Assembly: GCA_010909165.1 (NCBI GenBank)
Contig: MU008172.1
Span: 1,302,001-1,366,000 of the forward strand
Source of the DNA: Anthoceros angustus
Lineage: Eukaryota; Plantae; Anthocerotophyta
Length of the DNA stretch: 64,000 bases
Direction of reading: 5' to 3'
The notes below the pieces were generated by a model, which did no database searches, had not been told where the DNA came from, and worked only from the letters and a program-made list of their open reading frames with translations. A program made the translations under genes and the position numbers. Shown here in pieces: positions 22,350-36,400 of the stretch (positions are counted from its first letter, which is position 1; each line of letters opens with the position of its first letter).

Positions 22350-24857
22350 AGACACGCCGCCACCCCAAAGAAGATAAGGACTAAGAATGGTCAATGACCA
22401 TAAATGAGCTTTGGGAATGGGAAGGATAGGTGGTGTAGGACATCCTTAAGGATGATCTTAGGTGAAGTTGCTAGAATAGAATTTACCAACTGGACAATAG
22501 ATTTAGATGCCAGCCTTAAATGTCAAGTGTAGGAAATAATAGAAATTGGAAAAGGTGACCGCAGAGGGGTCACCTAAGGGGAGGTTGTATGTGGAAGGCC
22601 TCCTATAAGAGGAGGAGGATTTCACAAAGTAAAGTATCACTATGCGCCCACCCTCATCGAGTCCTTTGCCATTACAGAGGAATTTCGTGCGGCCGTGAGC
22701 CAACGCTGGGTAGAGAGGAAGTCGTGGTCTGAGTGTTGGTGGAGGACTTGCTCACGCAAGTGCCTAAACGAGTTGCTCCTTGTGAATGGTTGCGTGAAAT
22801 TGCTTTGCTTTGGGTGTGTGGCAATGCCTGTGAACACTGAGATTGATCCGTAGACTGGAGGTGCTCCGAATGGTGTCAAACTCAGCAACCGCCCAAGGAA
22901 GAACTTGCTGGTGGAGGCCGACCCTGTGCGCCAGCTGGCAGGGCGAGTCAAGCCAAGTCAACCGAGGTTAGAATAGGAGGAAGAGGATGAGAAGATGAGA
23001 AGATGAGTAGAGGATTAGAGGTGTAGGTGTTAGTGGAAGGCCAGGCGGGACGAATCCCAACTGCAAGTAAAGAGCGCCCGAGTGGAGAAGAGTGGTCTTA
23101 AGTAGGGACGAAATCTGTGTGGACTGGGGTCCTGGCGCCCGTGATAGGCTCTCACACGAGGCAGACCCGCAATTGTGTGTGTCGCTGTAGGTTGAGGATT
23201 GGCGATTTTTCGCAAGCAGGGGCAAGAGGGTGAGTAGAGGGCGCCTTGCTCGCTGAGAAGGCGAGAATTTGTGTCTCGCAGTAGCGACGCCATCACAAGA
23301 CCAACTTTCACACAAGTCTCATGGGACAAACCCAACGACGGCGACAAAGTGAGATAAGTGTGGCCGCTATAGTGGGAGGACCTGAGTGCCCCGGTTTTCC
23401 TACCACAATCCTAAGACTATACCTCGCCTGGGAATCCTACAAGACTTTGTTTCTTAGACATTTGGCACAATAATATCTTCCTGACCGATGTTTCTTGATT
23501 CGCCCCGCAATGCGAACGAAGTGGTATGGTGTGCACTTGGAGTCGGGCCCAAGCCAAATGTCTAAAGATTCAAAAGATGCACAAGGTTCTCTCTATTGTT
23601 TTGCCGTTGTTTGAGGTTTTGTTTTGTTTTATGTTTTATGTTTTATTCTTTTTTGCTTTATTATGCCTTAATTTTGTTGTGCTAGTGGTTTAATTTATAT
23701 TATTGTAGTAATGTTTTTTCCGTTTGGCCATGAAATTTGAAAATGGAGATAAGATGAGAATCCCAATGCTTATGTATTCACAAGAAAAGCCCAAAGTAGG
23801 TCAAACCTGCTATTCCACAACGCAAAGTCTCTCACGACTAACCTCTTATCCTACAAGTCTAGGTTTGTTTTACGCTCTACGTAGTTTGATAGTCCTTGAA
23901 ATCATCCTTGAAATCATGATGAGTAGTTCTTTATGTAAAGTGTACAAATTGGATGGTCTCATCTACACTAAAGTATTGGGGTCTCCTAATTGCCGCTTGC
24001 AATATTGGGCACCTTGATAAAGATTTCGTGCCAAACTAGATATCTGAATGGCTCCTTTTGATGAAGGTTTGAATGCCATGGACAGCCCTTAGTAAGAAGC
24101 AGTTTTGGGAGGCCATCGTGAGCTTCAACATAAAAGGTTCGTGGCAATCAAGGCCAGCCTTAAGTTGACGTAAGTTTAGCACGCAATTCATAACATTAAT
24201 AAGGTTAAAACTATGACCATGTTACCACATTTGGGCTGAAGTGTTAGGCATGACATTGCTTAGTTCACGTACAAAAGTTCATCAAGGAACGAAACAAATG
24301 CCTTTGTCTAATCACGTGGTAACTATTTCCCACATCAACTTCTATTCCTACAGCATTTGGTGTAGTTTAGTTCTCCAATTGACATGTTGTACATTAAGAA
24401 GGCAAGGTGAGGAGACTTAATTATTAAGTTGCACAACCATGCCATTTTGTTACTAAGATGGACCAATACGAGCAGCGTGAAAGAAATTCAAAGATACCAC
24501 AAAAGAAAATACCAAATATAAATATAATATCGCTACCACAAGAAAACAATTAGAACATGCTGGAAAGGAAATATCATATATCCATTAATAGTATGTATTA
24601 CAAGAAAAACAACTTGAACGTGCCATAAAGGAAATATCAAATATCCATTTATAGTACCTATCACAAGAAAAAACAATTTGAAGATGCTAGAAAGGAAATA
24701 TCAAATATCCCTGTATAGTATCTAGTATTCAAGGTCATCTATAAAGGAGCCATCATCTAAGTGGTTGGTTGAGTTGCCCACCTGCAACGCTTGCACCTTA
24801 GGAAAGCCTAACAAGAAGTGGTTTGTTGTTGCTCATCCTCGCCACGCTCCACCTCGA

Positions 24858-25210
24858 ACATCTATCAAACAATAAGTGGTCATCTATCCAATAAGTGTGA
24901 ACATCTATCAAACAATAAGTGGTCTATAAAATTGAACATCTATCAAACAATAAGTGCTCAAAATTGAACATCTATCAAACAATAAAAATTGAACATCTAT
25001 CAAACAATAAGTGGTAAAATTGAACATCTATCAAACAATAAGTGGTCTATAAAATTGAACATCTATCAAACAATAAGTGGTCTATAAAATTGAACATCTA
25101 TCAAACAATAAGTGGTCTATAAAATTGAACATCTATCAAACAATAAGTGGTCTAAAATTGAACATCTATCAAACAATAAGTGGTCTAAAATTGAACATCT
25201 ATCAAACAAC
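24858..25210. repeat. 35-bp minisatellite (AAAATTGAACATCTATCAAACAATAAGTGGTCTAT); also at ~28690-29010, ~32260-32320 (degraded), ~35735-36010
   Basis: Direct head-to-tail repeats with a 35-nt period visible at 25021/25056. Confidence 0.9.
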
Positions 25211-26399
25211 AATTGAGAGGATATTGAGCAAAATTGAATATACAAAATAATCCATATTGACCAATTTTAAATATTATAGAACAAACATCCAAGCAATAAT
25301 GAATCACAACAATAATTATGATTGCTCAATAAGACAACTGGTCATCATCTTGATGACTTGATCAAGCTCAATAAGAATTGGATTTGATCAAGCAAAAAAT
25401 CACCACATGCATGATTCAAAATAAAATTGAGATGACTTGATCAAGCTCAATAAAAGAATAAGCATGACTTGATCAAGCTTAAGGCAAAATACATCACCAT
25501 ATGCAACCTAAGCAGGTGGCATCTAAGTCTTGATGACTTGATCAAGCTCAATAAAAGAAATCTTGATCCAATGCATGAAGCAAGGCAGTCATGTTGACAC
25601 ACGACTTCTCAATAGCAAAGAATCGCATACTTAATCAAGGTTTGTAATACACACGGTGGCGGTTAGATGCAATATGGTGGAAGGCAAAGGACTTGTGAGC
25701 TTGATATATGATCAAACTCAAAAGCAAGGCGATGTCAGTGTTGAAGTCTCAATGTGATACTTGAGTGACTGTTGCATGTAAGGGTTCTCGAGTAGCTGGA
25801 ACCACTAAGCCAAACAACCACTTGATCTGATGGCAAACCAATGACCATTGAGGCAATTGAGCAATGATAATCAAGCAAACCAACACTTTGGTGTGTGGCA
25901 TGTTATAGGAAGAAGTGGAACTGCATGTAGTGCAGGTCTTGTGCCTAGATGTACCATGGTAGATGCTTGTTATGACTTCATTTTAATTTGTTACTTTGTG
26001 GATTGCTGATTTTGTATATTTGAGTTTCTGTTGTTGCAACTTCTAATTCTAATTTTTATTTACTATGCTAGTAATCACTATACTAACATGTTGCAAACCA
26101 ATGAAAGTTTGATCAAATACAATTAATTGTAAAGAAGAAGAAGAGGAAGGGGGAATGGAAGGGGGGGGGAAGGGGGGGGGGTTGGGGGAAGAGGAGGAGG
26201 AAGAAGATGCAAGAAGGTGGAGGAGAAGGCCATGAAGCACAAGAAGGGAAAAGGTGGAAGAAATTTACAAGTATGATTGATTTCATATGTTGTATTCTTT
26301 TGTTTTGCAATAGACATAATTTTAAATAAAAATACTAAATAAAATTACAACATGTACAAAAAAATTTATGAAGAAGTTTCATAGTTTTCTAAATACAAT

Positions 26400-26585
26400 T
26401 AATAACGAAGAAGAAGAAGAGGAAGAAGATGAAGAAGAAGAAGAAAGAAGAAGAACAAGAAGAGAAGAAGAAGAAGAAGAAGAAGAGAAGAGGAAGAAGA
26501 AGAACAAGATGAAGAGGAAGAAGAAGAAGAAGAACAACAACAAGAACAACAAGAAGAAGAAGATGAAGAAGATGAAGAAGAAATT
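26400..26585. repeat. (GAA)n-rich microsatellite; also at ~30038-30225, ~33403-33585, ~37050-37230, each preceded by a G-rich tract
   Basis: Long gaagaagaa runs with aac variants; poly-G at ~26150-26190, ~29795, ~33175-33225, ~36828-36870. Confidence 0.95.
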
Positions 26586-29500
26586 TATTCAAGTCCACTA
26601 AGGACGGATCTTCATAGGATTGAAATATGGCAACTACAGATTGTGTAAAATGGTCTAGAAATGCAAAGGTAAAATTCAAACAAGACAAATAATCTTCAAT
26701 CAATCAATAATGTTAATGAAATGCATGAACGAGGGCTAAACACCACATTCATCCCCATGAAAGAAAGCCGTGACTTGCAAGACGACATCTAAAAGGGTCT
26801 CCTTCTTAATCTTCCATTGCAATGGTGTAAGATCATTGATATATAAGAGTCGAACATAGACCTAGCCTTCATAACTCACGATCATCCATGGAGTGAAAAG
26901 TCATAATCATGCGGTCTCAAAAGATCCTTTCCAAGGCTCGAGCAAACTACATCGACTGCAAAAACAATGTTGACCATAAATTGAAGTTCAATGCACGCAG
27001 CATGCCGATATTGTGTGTTACCAAGACAAGCAAGGGGATCATATCATTAACTCCCAAGGGTTTCTAAGAATAGTCATAGAAAGTTTCTCCATTTTAATAC
27101 ACGGACATGCAAAACCCCAAATTGCATGCTAAAAATCCGCACTAAAAGACCATTTTGAATAGTTTAGGTCTTGTTTACGTGCACACAAACCATTTGATTT
27201 TCAATTTTATCCAATTTTGAGCCTTAAAGAAGGTCATTCTCACAATCCGCACGTGTACAAACATTTAGAGTGTTAGGCTTGCTGGATTTTGGTGCAAACT
27301 TGTTTACGATCAACCTTTCACTGCATCACCAATCCTAAGACTATACTCCTAATCCTACAAGACTTTGTTTCAGACATTTGGCACAATAATATCTTCCTTG
27401 ACTGATGCTTGATTCGACAACAATGAAACAAAGGTATGGTGTGAGGATGGGCCCAAGCCAAATGTCTAAAGATTCAAAAGATGCACAAGGTTCTCTATTG
27501 TTTTGCCGCTTGTTGTTTGAGGTTTTGTTTTGTTTTATGTTTTATGTTTTATTCTTTTGCTTTATTATGCCTTAATTTTTGTTGTGCTAGTGGTTTAATT
27601 TATATTATTGTAGTAATGTTTTTCCGTTGGCCATGAAATTTGAAAATGGAGATAAGATGAGAATCCCAATGCTTATGTATTCACAAGAAAAGCCCAAAGT
27701 AGGTCAAACGCTATTCCACAACGCAAAGTCTCTACGACTAACCTCTTATCCTACAAGTCTAGGTTTGTTTTCTTTATAGTTTGATCATCCTTGAAATCAT
27801 AATATGATGAGTAGTTCTTTATGTAAAGTGTACAAATTGGATGGTCTCATCTACACTAAAGTATTGGGGTCTCCTAATTGCGCTGCCTTGCAATATTGGG
27901 CACCTTGATAAAGATTTCGTCAAACTAGATATAAATAATGGCTCCTTTTGATGAAGGTTTGAATGCCATGGACACCCCTTAGTAAGAAGCAGTTTGGGAG
28001 GCCATCGTGAGCTTCAACATAAAAGGTTCGTGGCAATCAAGGCCAGCCTTAAGTTGACGTAAGTTTAGTACGCAATTCATAACATTAATAAGGTTAAAAC
28101 TATGACCATGTTACCACATTTTGAAGTGTTAGGCATGACATTGCTTAGTTCACGTCACAAAGTTCATCAAGGACGAAACAAATGCCTTTGTCTAATCACG
28201 TGTGGTAACTATTTCCCACATCAACTTCTATTCCTACAAGATTTGGTGTAGTTTAGTTCTCAATTGACATGTTGTACATTAAGAAGGCAAGGTGAGGAGA
28301 CTTAATTATTAAGTTGCACAACCATGCCATTTTGTTACTAAGATGGACCACGAGTAGAAAGAAATTCAAAGATACCACAAAAGAAAATACCAAATATAAA
28401 TATAATATCGCTACCACAAGAAAACAATTAGAACATGCCGGAAAGGAAATATCATATATCCATTAATAGTATACAAGAAAACAACTTGAACGTGCATAAA
28501 GGAAATATCAAATATCCATTTATAGTACCTATCACAAGAAAAACAATTTGAAGATGCTAGAAAGGAAATATCAAATATCCGATAGTATCTAGTATTCAAG
28601 GTCATCTATAAAGGAGCCATCATCTATGGTTGGTTGAGTTGCATAAGCTGAATAAGAAGTGGTTTGTTGGTTGCTCATCCTGAGTATGCATCTATCCAAT
28701 AAGTGAGCATCTATCACAATAAGTGGAAAATTGTCTATCGTCTCATCTATCAAACAATAAGTGCTCGTTTGAACATCTATCAAACAATAAGTGGAAAATT
28801 GAACATCTATCAAACAATAAGTGGTAAGAAAATTGAACATCTATCAAACAACAAGTATAAAATTGAACATCTATCAAACAATAAGTGGTCTATAAAATTG
28901 AACATCTATCAAACAATAAGTGGTCTATAAAATTGAACATCTATCAAACAATAAGTGGTGTAAAATTGAACATCTATCAAACAATAAGTGGTCTATTGAA
29001 CATCTATCAAACAACAAGTGTGGTATTAACAAAATTGAATAAATCTATAAACAATAAGATAAAACATTAAAACAAACATGTAACAATAATGAATCTATCA
29101 ACAATAAGTCTATAAGACAATTGCACATCATCAATTCAATAGAAATTGATATTGATTTATCATTGACCAATAAACTCTAACAAATTGACATCCATCAAGC
29201 AATGAATAACATATTGATCAAGCACAAAGGACCTATGCCACTATAATTATGAGTTCACAAGGAACAACAGTCTTGATGACTTGATCAAGCTCAATAAAAG
29301 AAAGCTGCATGGACCAAGAGATGCTAAACAATGAGTCTATGCACCACATGCAATAAAGTCAAGATCACTTAATAAGGACAAAGTGTCGGAGATCAAGCTT
29401 ATAAGGCAAAGGACTTGTCAGCTCAAAGATCAACCTCAAAAGAGGCACGCTCAATTGATCTCAATGTGGACTTGATGCTGTTCACAAGAGTGCTCAAAGT

Positions 29501-30042
29501 GGTCAACCACTGAAACAAAGGTCTTGATAAACCAATCTTAGGCAATTGATATCTTGTAAGCACAACTTGTATCACTGTTAGAAAATGAACTTGATCAAAA
29601 CTAGGTTCTTATCACTTGTACTTAATTTAGTTGCTTGAACTTGTTACATTTGTGATGCTTTGTGACTAATTTTATATTTTTGTTTCTTTGTTGTTTGTCT
29701 CTCTAATTTTAATTTTTATACTTGCTATGATAACCTATCTAAACTGTTGCAACCTAATAAGTTTGATGTCAAACTTAATCTTGGCAAAAAAGAAAGGGGG
29801 GGGGGGAATGGGGGGGTATGAAGAGGGGGGGAATTTGGAAGAATGAGGAGGAGGAAGGGCAAAAGTGAAGAGGAAAAGAAGGCACACCGCACAAGAAAAG
29901 GGGCTGAGAAGAAATATGTATGGGTTTCTTTATTGTTGGAATAGCATAAATAAAAATAAAAAATATTTATTATGCTAGGAAAAAAATACAAAAAAATATT
30001 ATGAGAAGTTTCATAGTTTTCTAAATACAATTAATAACTGAA

Positions 30043-30077
<35 letters not shown>

Positions 30078-30108
30078 AGAAGAAGAAGAAGAAGAAGAAC
30101 AAGAAGAT

Positions 30109-30152
<44 letters not shown>

Positions 30153-33100
30153 GAAGAGGAAGAAGAAGAAGAAGAACAATAAGAACAACAAGAAGAAGAA
30201 GATGAAGAAGATGAAGAAGAAATTTATTCAAGTCCACTAAGGACGATCAGGATTGAAATATGGCAACTACATAGATTGCGGTAAAATGGTCTAGAGAATG
30301 CAAAGGTAAAATTCAAACAAGACAAATAATCTTCAATCAATCAACAATAATGTTAATGAAATGCATGAAGAGGGCTAAACACCACAAATTCATCCCCATG
30401 AAAGAAAGCGTGACTTGCAAGGATAAAGGTGTAACTCCTTCTTAATCTTCCATTGCAATGGTGTAAGATCGATTGATATATAAGAGTGTGTAACATAGAC
30501 CTAGCCTTCATAAGGAGGCGATCATCCATGGAGTGAAAAGTCATAATCAAATGCGGTCTAAAGATCCTTTCAAGCAAGGCAAACACCACATCGACCTCTA
30601 GCCTATTGAGAAACTCCTTGCAGAAGTGGTGCAACAATGTCATTACCAAGACCATAAATTCTGTTCAATGCATGAGAAATGTTGATATTGTGTTTACCAC
30701 CAGACAAGAAGGAGCAATCCATATCATTAACTCATGGGTTTCTACCAAGAATAGTGGGTAGAAATTTCTCCAGAACCTTGCATGACTTGCAAACCCCAAA
30801 TTGCATGCTAAAAATCCGCACTGACCATTTTGAATAGTTTAGGTCTTGTTTACGGTGCACAAAGCATGATTTTCAATTTATCAATTTTGAGCCTTCCTAA
30901 AAGAAGGTCATTCTCACAATCCACGTACAAACATTTAGAGTGTTTAGGGCTTGTGATTTTGGTGTGCAAACTTGTTTGCGATCAACCTTTCACTACCACC
31001 AATCCTAAGACTATACTCAATCCTAAGACTTTGTTTCTTAGACATTTGACAATAATATCTTCCTTGACCGATGTTTTCTGATTCGCCACAATGCGAGAAA
31101 AGGGTATGGTGGACTATCAGCCAAGCCAAATGTCTAAAGATTCAAAAGATGCACAAGGTTCTCTATTGTTTTGTGTTGTTTGAGGTTTTGTTTTGTTTTA
31201 TGTTTTATGTTTTATTTTTTTGCTTTATTATGCCTTAATTTTTGTTGTGCTAGTGGTTTAATTTATATTATTGTAGTAATGTTTTTTCCGTTTGGCCATG
31301 AAATTTGAAAATGGAGATAAGATGAGAATCCCAATGCTTATGTATTCACAAGAAAAGCCCAAAGTAGGTCAAACCGCTATTCCACAACGCAAAGTCTCTC
31401 TCGACTAACCTCTTATCCTACAAGTCTAGGTTTTGTTTCTCGCTACGAGTTTGATAGTCCTTGAAATCATAATATGATGAGTAGTTCTTTATGTAAAGTG
31501 TACAAATTGGATGGTCTCATCTACACTAAAGTATTGGGGTCTTCTAATTGCTGCTTGCGCCTTGCAATATTGGGCACCTTGATAAAGATTTCGTGCCGCA
31601 AACTAGATATACGAATGGCTCCTTTTGATGAAGGTTTGAATGCCATGGACAGCCCTTAGTAAGAAGCGCTTTGGGAGGCCATCGTGAGCTTCAACATAAA
31701 AGGTTCGTGGCAATCAAGGCCACCTTAAGTTGACGTAAGTTTAGCACGCAATTCATAACATTAATAAGGTTAAAACTATGACCATGTTACCACATTTGGG
31801 CTGAAGTGTTAGGCATGACATTGCTTAGTTCACGCCACAAAGTTCATCAAGGAACCAAACAAATGCCTTTGTCTAATCACGGTGGTAACTATTTCACATC
31901 AACTTCTATTCCACATTTGGTGTAGTTTAGTTCTCCAATTGACATGTTGTACATTAAGAAGGCAAGGAGGAGACTTAATTATTAAGTTGCACAACCATGC
32001 CATTTTGTTACTAAGATGGACCAATACGAGGTGAAAGAAATTCAAAGATACCACAAAGAAAATACCAAATATAAATATAATATACCACAAGAAAACAATT
32101 AGAACATGCCGGAAAGGAAATATCATATATCCATTAATAGTATGTATTACAAGAAAACAACTTGAACGTGCCATAAAGGAAATATCAAATATCCATTTAT
32201 AGTACCTATCAGAAGAAAAAATTGAAGAAAAGAAATATCAAACAATGTAGTATCTATCAAGTATTGAACATCTATAAACAATATGGAAAATTGAACATTT
32301 ATCAAACAATAAGTGGTTGGTAAAATTGCTCATCCTTCAACGTTCCACCTCGAACTCTAAAAAATTGATTTGAATATTGAACAACCACCACTTGAATATA
32401 TAACAAAAATAACCATATTGAAATTTTAAAACATCTATCAAACAAACATCTAAAATGAACATCTATAATAATATGAGTCAAAAAACAAGTATCATCTAAG
32501 TTGAACATCAAGCTCAATAAAAAGAAGTGGTCTTATCAATTGGCAAACATCATCAACATATAAGTAAAACAAATTGACATCTATCACAATAAGAATAATA
32601 AAATTGAACATCACAAAACAGTCAAAAATTATGAACTATAAAACAAATCATTTGAACATCTATAAACAATAATTATAATTGACATCTACAAACATAAAAC
32701 ACATCAACAATAAATATCAAATAACCTCTATCAAACAATGTCAGAAAGAGCAAAACAATAAGTGCGTCAGCTCAATATGAAAAGGAACCAAAGAGACTTG
32801 CTCACGAAGCAACGATCTTGATGACTGATCAATAATGATGGCTCACAAAAGTATACTTAAAACAATATCTTGATGGACTGCCAAGGCAAATTGAATCGAT
32901 GATAATCAAGCTCAAACCAAAAAATGAGTGTGCACAAAGACCAATGATCATGCAGAGGTCTTGATCACCAATTTAAGTCTGATGCGTTTAAATTTGTTGC
33001 ACAACTGTGATGCTTTAAGTGTAACTTTGAACATATGTATGATTGTTGAGTTTTGTTGCTGAATGATGCTACTAATTCATAATTTTTATTTACTTGCATG

Positions 33101-33404
33101 ATTTCACATACTAAACTGTTGCAACCCAGATGGGTTTCTGAGTTTCTTTAACCACTAAGAAGGAAGAAGAGGAGGAGGGGGGCAAGAGGGGGGGCGGGGT
33201 GGAAGAGGGGGGGGGGGGAGGAGGAGGGCAAAAGTGAGAGGAGGGGCTCACAATTTGGCAAAGAAAAGGATGAAGAAGTTTATTCAATATCATTTTGTTT
33301 CTTATATTGTTGTAAACAATTTAAATTTTATATTTAAATGCTAGTGAAAAATTCACTACACAAAAAAATTTATGAAGTTTCAGTTTTCTAAATACAACAA
33401 CTGT

Positions 33405-33438
<34 letters not shown>

Positions 33439-36400
33439 AGAAGAAGAAAAAGAAATAAGAAGAAGAGAAGAAGAAGAAGAAGAAGAAGAGAAGAAGAAGA
33501 ACAAGAAGAAAAGAGGAAGAAGAAGAAGAACAACAACAAGAAGAACAACAAGAAGAAGAAGATGAAGAGGAAGAAGAAGAAATTTATTCAAGTCCACTAA
33601 GGACGGATCTTGATAGGATTGAAATATGGCAACTACATAGATAAAATGGTCTAGAGATGCAAAGGTAAAATTCAAACAAGACAAATAATCTTCAATCAAT
33701 CAATAATGTTAATGAAATGCATAGGCAAAACACCACAAATTCATCCCCATGAAAGAAAGTGACTTGAGACGAAAGAAAAGGTGTAACTTCTCCTTCTTAA
33801 TCTTCCATTGCAATGGTGTAAGATCAAGATTGATATATAATGAGTCGTCAACATAGACCTAGCCTTCATAATGAGGCGATCATCCATGGAGTGAAAAGTT
33901 AATCAATATGCGGACCAAAGATCCTTTCAGCAAGGCAACACATCGACCTCTAGCCTATTGAGAAACTCCTTTGCAGCCACAAGTGGTGCAACAATGTCAT
34001 TACAAGACCATAAATTGGTTCAATGCACGAGCAGGCCTTCGATATTGTGTTACCACCAGACAAGAAGAGATCATATCATTAACTCCCATGGGTTTCTACG
34101 AATAGTAGAAAGTTTCTCCAAGAACTGCACAGCAAACCCCAAATTGCATGCTAAAAATCCGCACTGACCATTTTGAATAGTTTAGGTCTTGTTTACGCAG
34201 CACAAAGCATGATTTTCAATTTTATCCAATTTTGAGCCTTCCTAAGGTCATTCTCAATCCGCACGTGTACAAACATTTAGAGTGTTTAGCTGTGATTTTG
34301 GTGTGCAAACTTGTTTGATCAACCTTTCACTGCATCACCAATCCTAAGACTATACTCGCAATCCTACAAGACTTTGTTTCAGACATTTGGCAATAATATC
34401 TTCCTTGACCGATGCTTCTTGATTAGCAATGCGAGAACGAAGTGGTATGTGTGCACTATCAGCCCAAGCCAAATGTCTAAAGATTCAAAGATGCACAAGG
34501 TTCTCTATTGTTTTGTTGTTTGAGGTTTTGTTTTGTTTTATGTTTTATGTTTTATTCTTTTTTGCTTTATTATGCCTTAATTTTTGTTGTGCTAGTGGTT
34601 TAATTTATATTATTGTAGTAATGTTTTTTCCGTTTGGCCATGAAATTTGAAAATGGAGATAAGATGAGAATCCCAATGCTTATGTATTCACAAGAAAAGC
34701 CCAAAGTAGGTCAAACCTGCTATTCCACAACGCAAAGTCTCTACGACTAACCTCTTATCCTACAAGTCTAGGTTTGTTTTCCGCTCACGAGTTTGATAGT
34801 CCTTGAAATCATAATATGATGAGTAGTTCTTTATGTCAAAGTGTACAAATTGGATGGTCTCATCTACACTAAAGTATTGGGGTCTCCTAATTGCCGCTTG
34901 CCTTGCAATATTGGGCACCTTGATAAAGATTTCGTGTCACAAACTAGATATCGAATGGCTCCTTTTGATGAAGGTTTGAATGCCATGGACAGCCCTTAGT
35001 AAGAAGCGTTTTGGGAGGCCATCGTGAGCTTCAACATAAAAGGTTCGTGGCAATCAAGGCCTTAAGTTGACGTAAGTTTAGCACGCAATTCATAACATTA
35101 ATAAGGTTAAAACTATGACCATGTTACCACATTTGAAGTGTTAGGCATGACATTGCTTAGTTCACGCCACAAAGTTCATCAAGGAACAAACAAATGCCTT
35201 TGTCTAATCACGTGGTAACTATTTCCCACATCAACGCCCTACAAAGATTTGGTGTAGTTTAGTTCTCCAATTGACATGTTGTACATTAAGAAGGCAAGTG
35301 AGGAGACTTAATTATTGTTGCACAACCATGCCATTTTGTTACTAAGATGGACCAATACGAAGTGAAAGAAATTCAAAGATACCACAAAGAAAATACCAAA
35401 TATAAATATAATATCGCTACCACAAGAAAACAATTAGAACATCCGGAAAGGAAATATCATATATCCATTAATAGTATGTATTACAAGAAAAACAACTTGA
35501 ACGTGCCATAAAGGAAATATCAAATATCCATTTATAGTACCTATCACAAGAAAAACAATTTGAAGATGCTAGAAAGGAAATATCAAATATCCTCAGATAG
35601 TATCTAGTATTCAAGGTCATCTATAAAGGAGCCATCATCTAAGTGGTTGGTTGAGTTGCCCACCCAACGTTGCACCTTAGGAAAGCCTAACAAGAAGTGG
35701 TTTGTTAAGTTGCTCATCCTCGCCACACCTCGTGAACATCTATCAAACAATAAGTGATAAAAATTGAACATCTATCAAACAATAAGTGCATTGAACATCT
35801 ATCAAACAATAAGTGGTCTATAAATTGAACATCTATCAAACAATAAGTGGTCTATAAAATTGAACATCTATCAAACAATAAGTGGTAAAATTGAACATCT
35901 ATCAAACAATAAGTGGTCTATAAATTGAACATCTATCAAACAATAAGTGGTCTAAAATTGAACATCTATCAAACAATAAGTGGTCTAAAATTGAACATCT
36001 ATCAAACAACAAGTGCCTAAAATTGAACAAATTGAATAACAAAATAATCCATATAAATTTTAAATACATTGACACAAACATCAAACAATAAGTGGTCTAA
36101 AATTGATCTCAAAACAGACAAGTGGTCATGTTTGAACATCAATCAACAAAAGAATTGATATTGATCTAGGCAAACTCACCAATATGAATAAAACAAATAT
36201 CATATTGACCAATAAAGAATAAGCAACATCAAGCAATAAATACATCAGCACATATTATGATTGCGCTAAGGACATGAGTCTTGATGACTTGATCAAGCTC
36301 AAAAAAGCAATGGCGGTCATCCAATGCTATAAGAAAATAAGTCATGTTGACAATAGCAAGTAGCAAACAATAACACTTAATAAGGAATAAAGGTGTGCGA

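Larger units (their letters stand above)
12660..23407 (+). mobile_element. 3' part of the gypsy element: integrase end, PPT-like tract, long 3' region or LTR with an accessory ORF, internally amplified
   Basis: PTRVNGWKVKKY at ~12685-12720; GAGGAGGGGAG at 12759-12769 followed by TGTGG (12772). Homology with the second copy (39008-44065) ends at ...ggttttcctaCCACA (23407). TATA-like ctataag at ~22603. Confidence 0.75.

Noticed and set aside
23361-23377. PBS-like TGGCCGCTATAGTGGGA (also ~44011) implying TATCC...GGATA LTR ends
   Set aside because: I cannot match it to a tRNA. Both copies lose homology ~30-40 bp later at CCACA with no gag following, so it more likely lies inside the LTR end.
24858-25210. 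35-bp repeats as a CRISPR array
   Set aside because: Head-to-tail with no unique spacers, no cas genes, eukaryotic context.
26368-26703. Poly-E/K and poly-L/F ORFs (also ~30031, ~33321, ~37016)
   Set aside because: Translations of GAA/TTC microsatellites.
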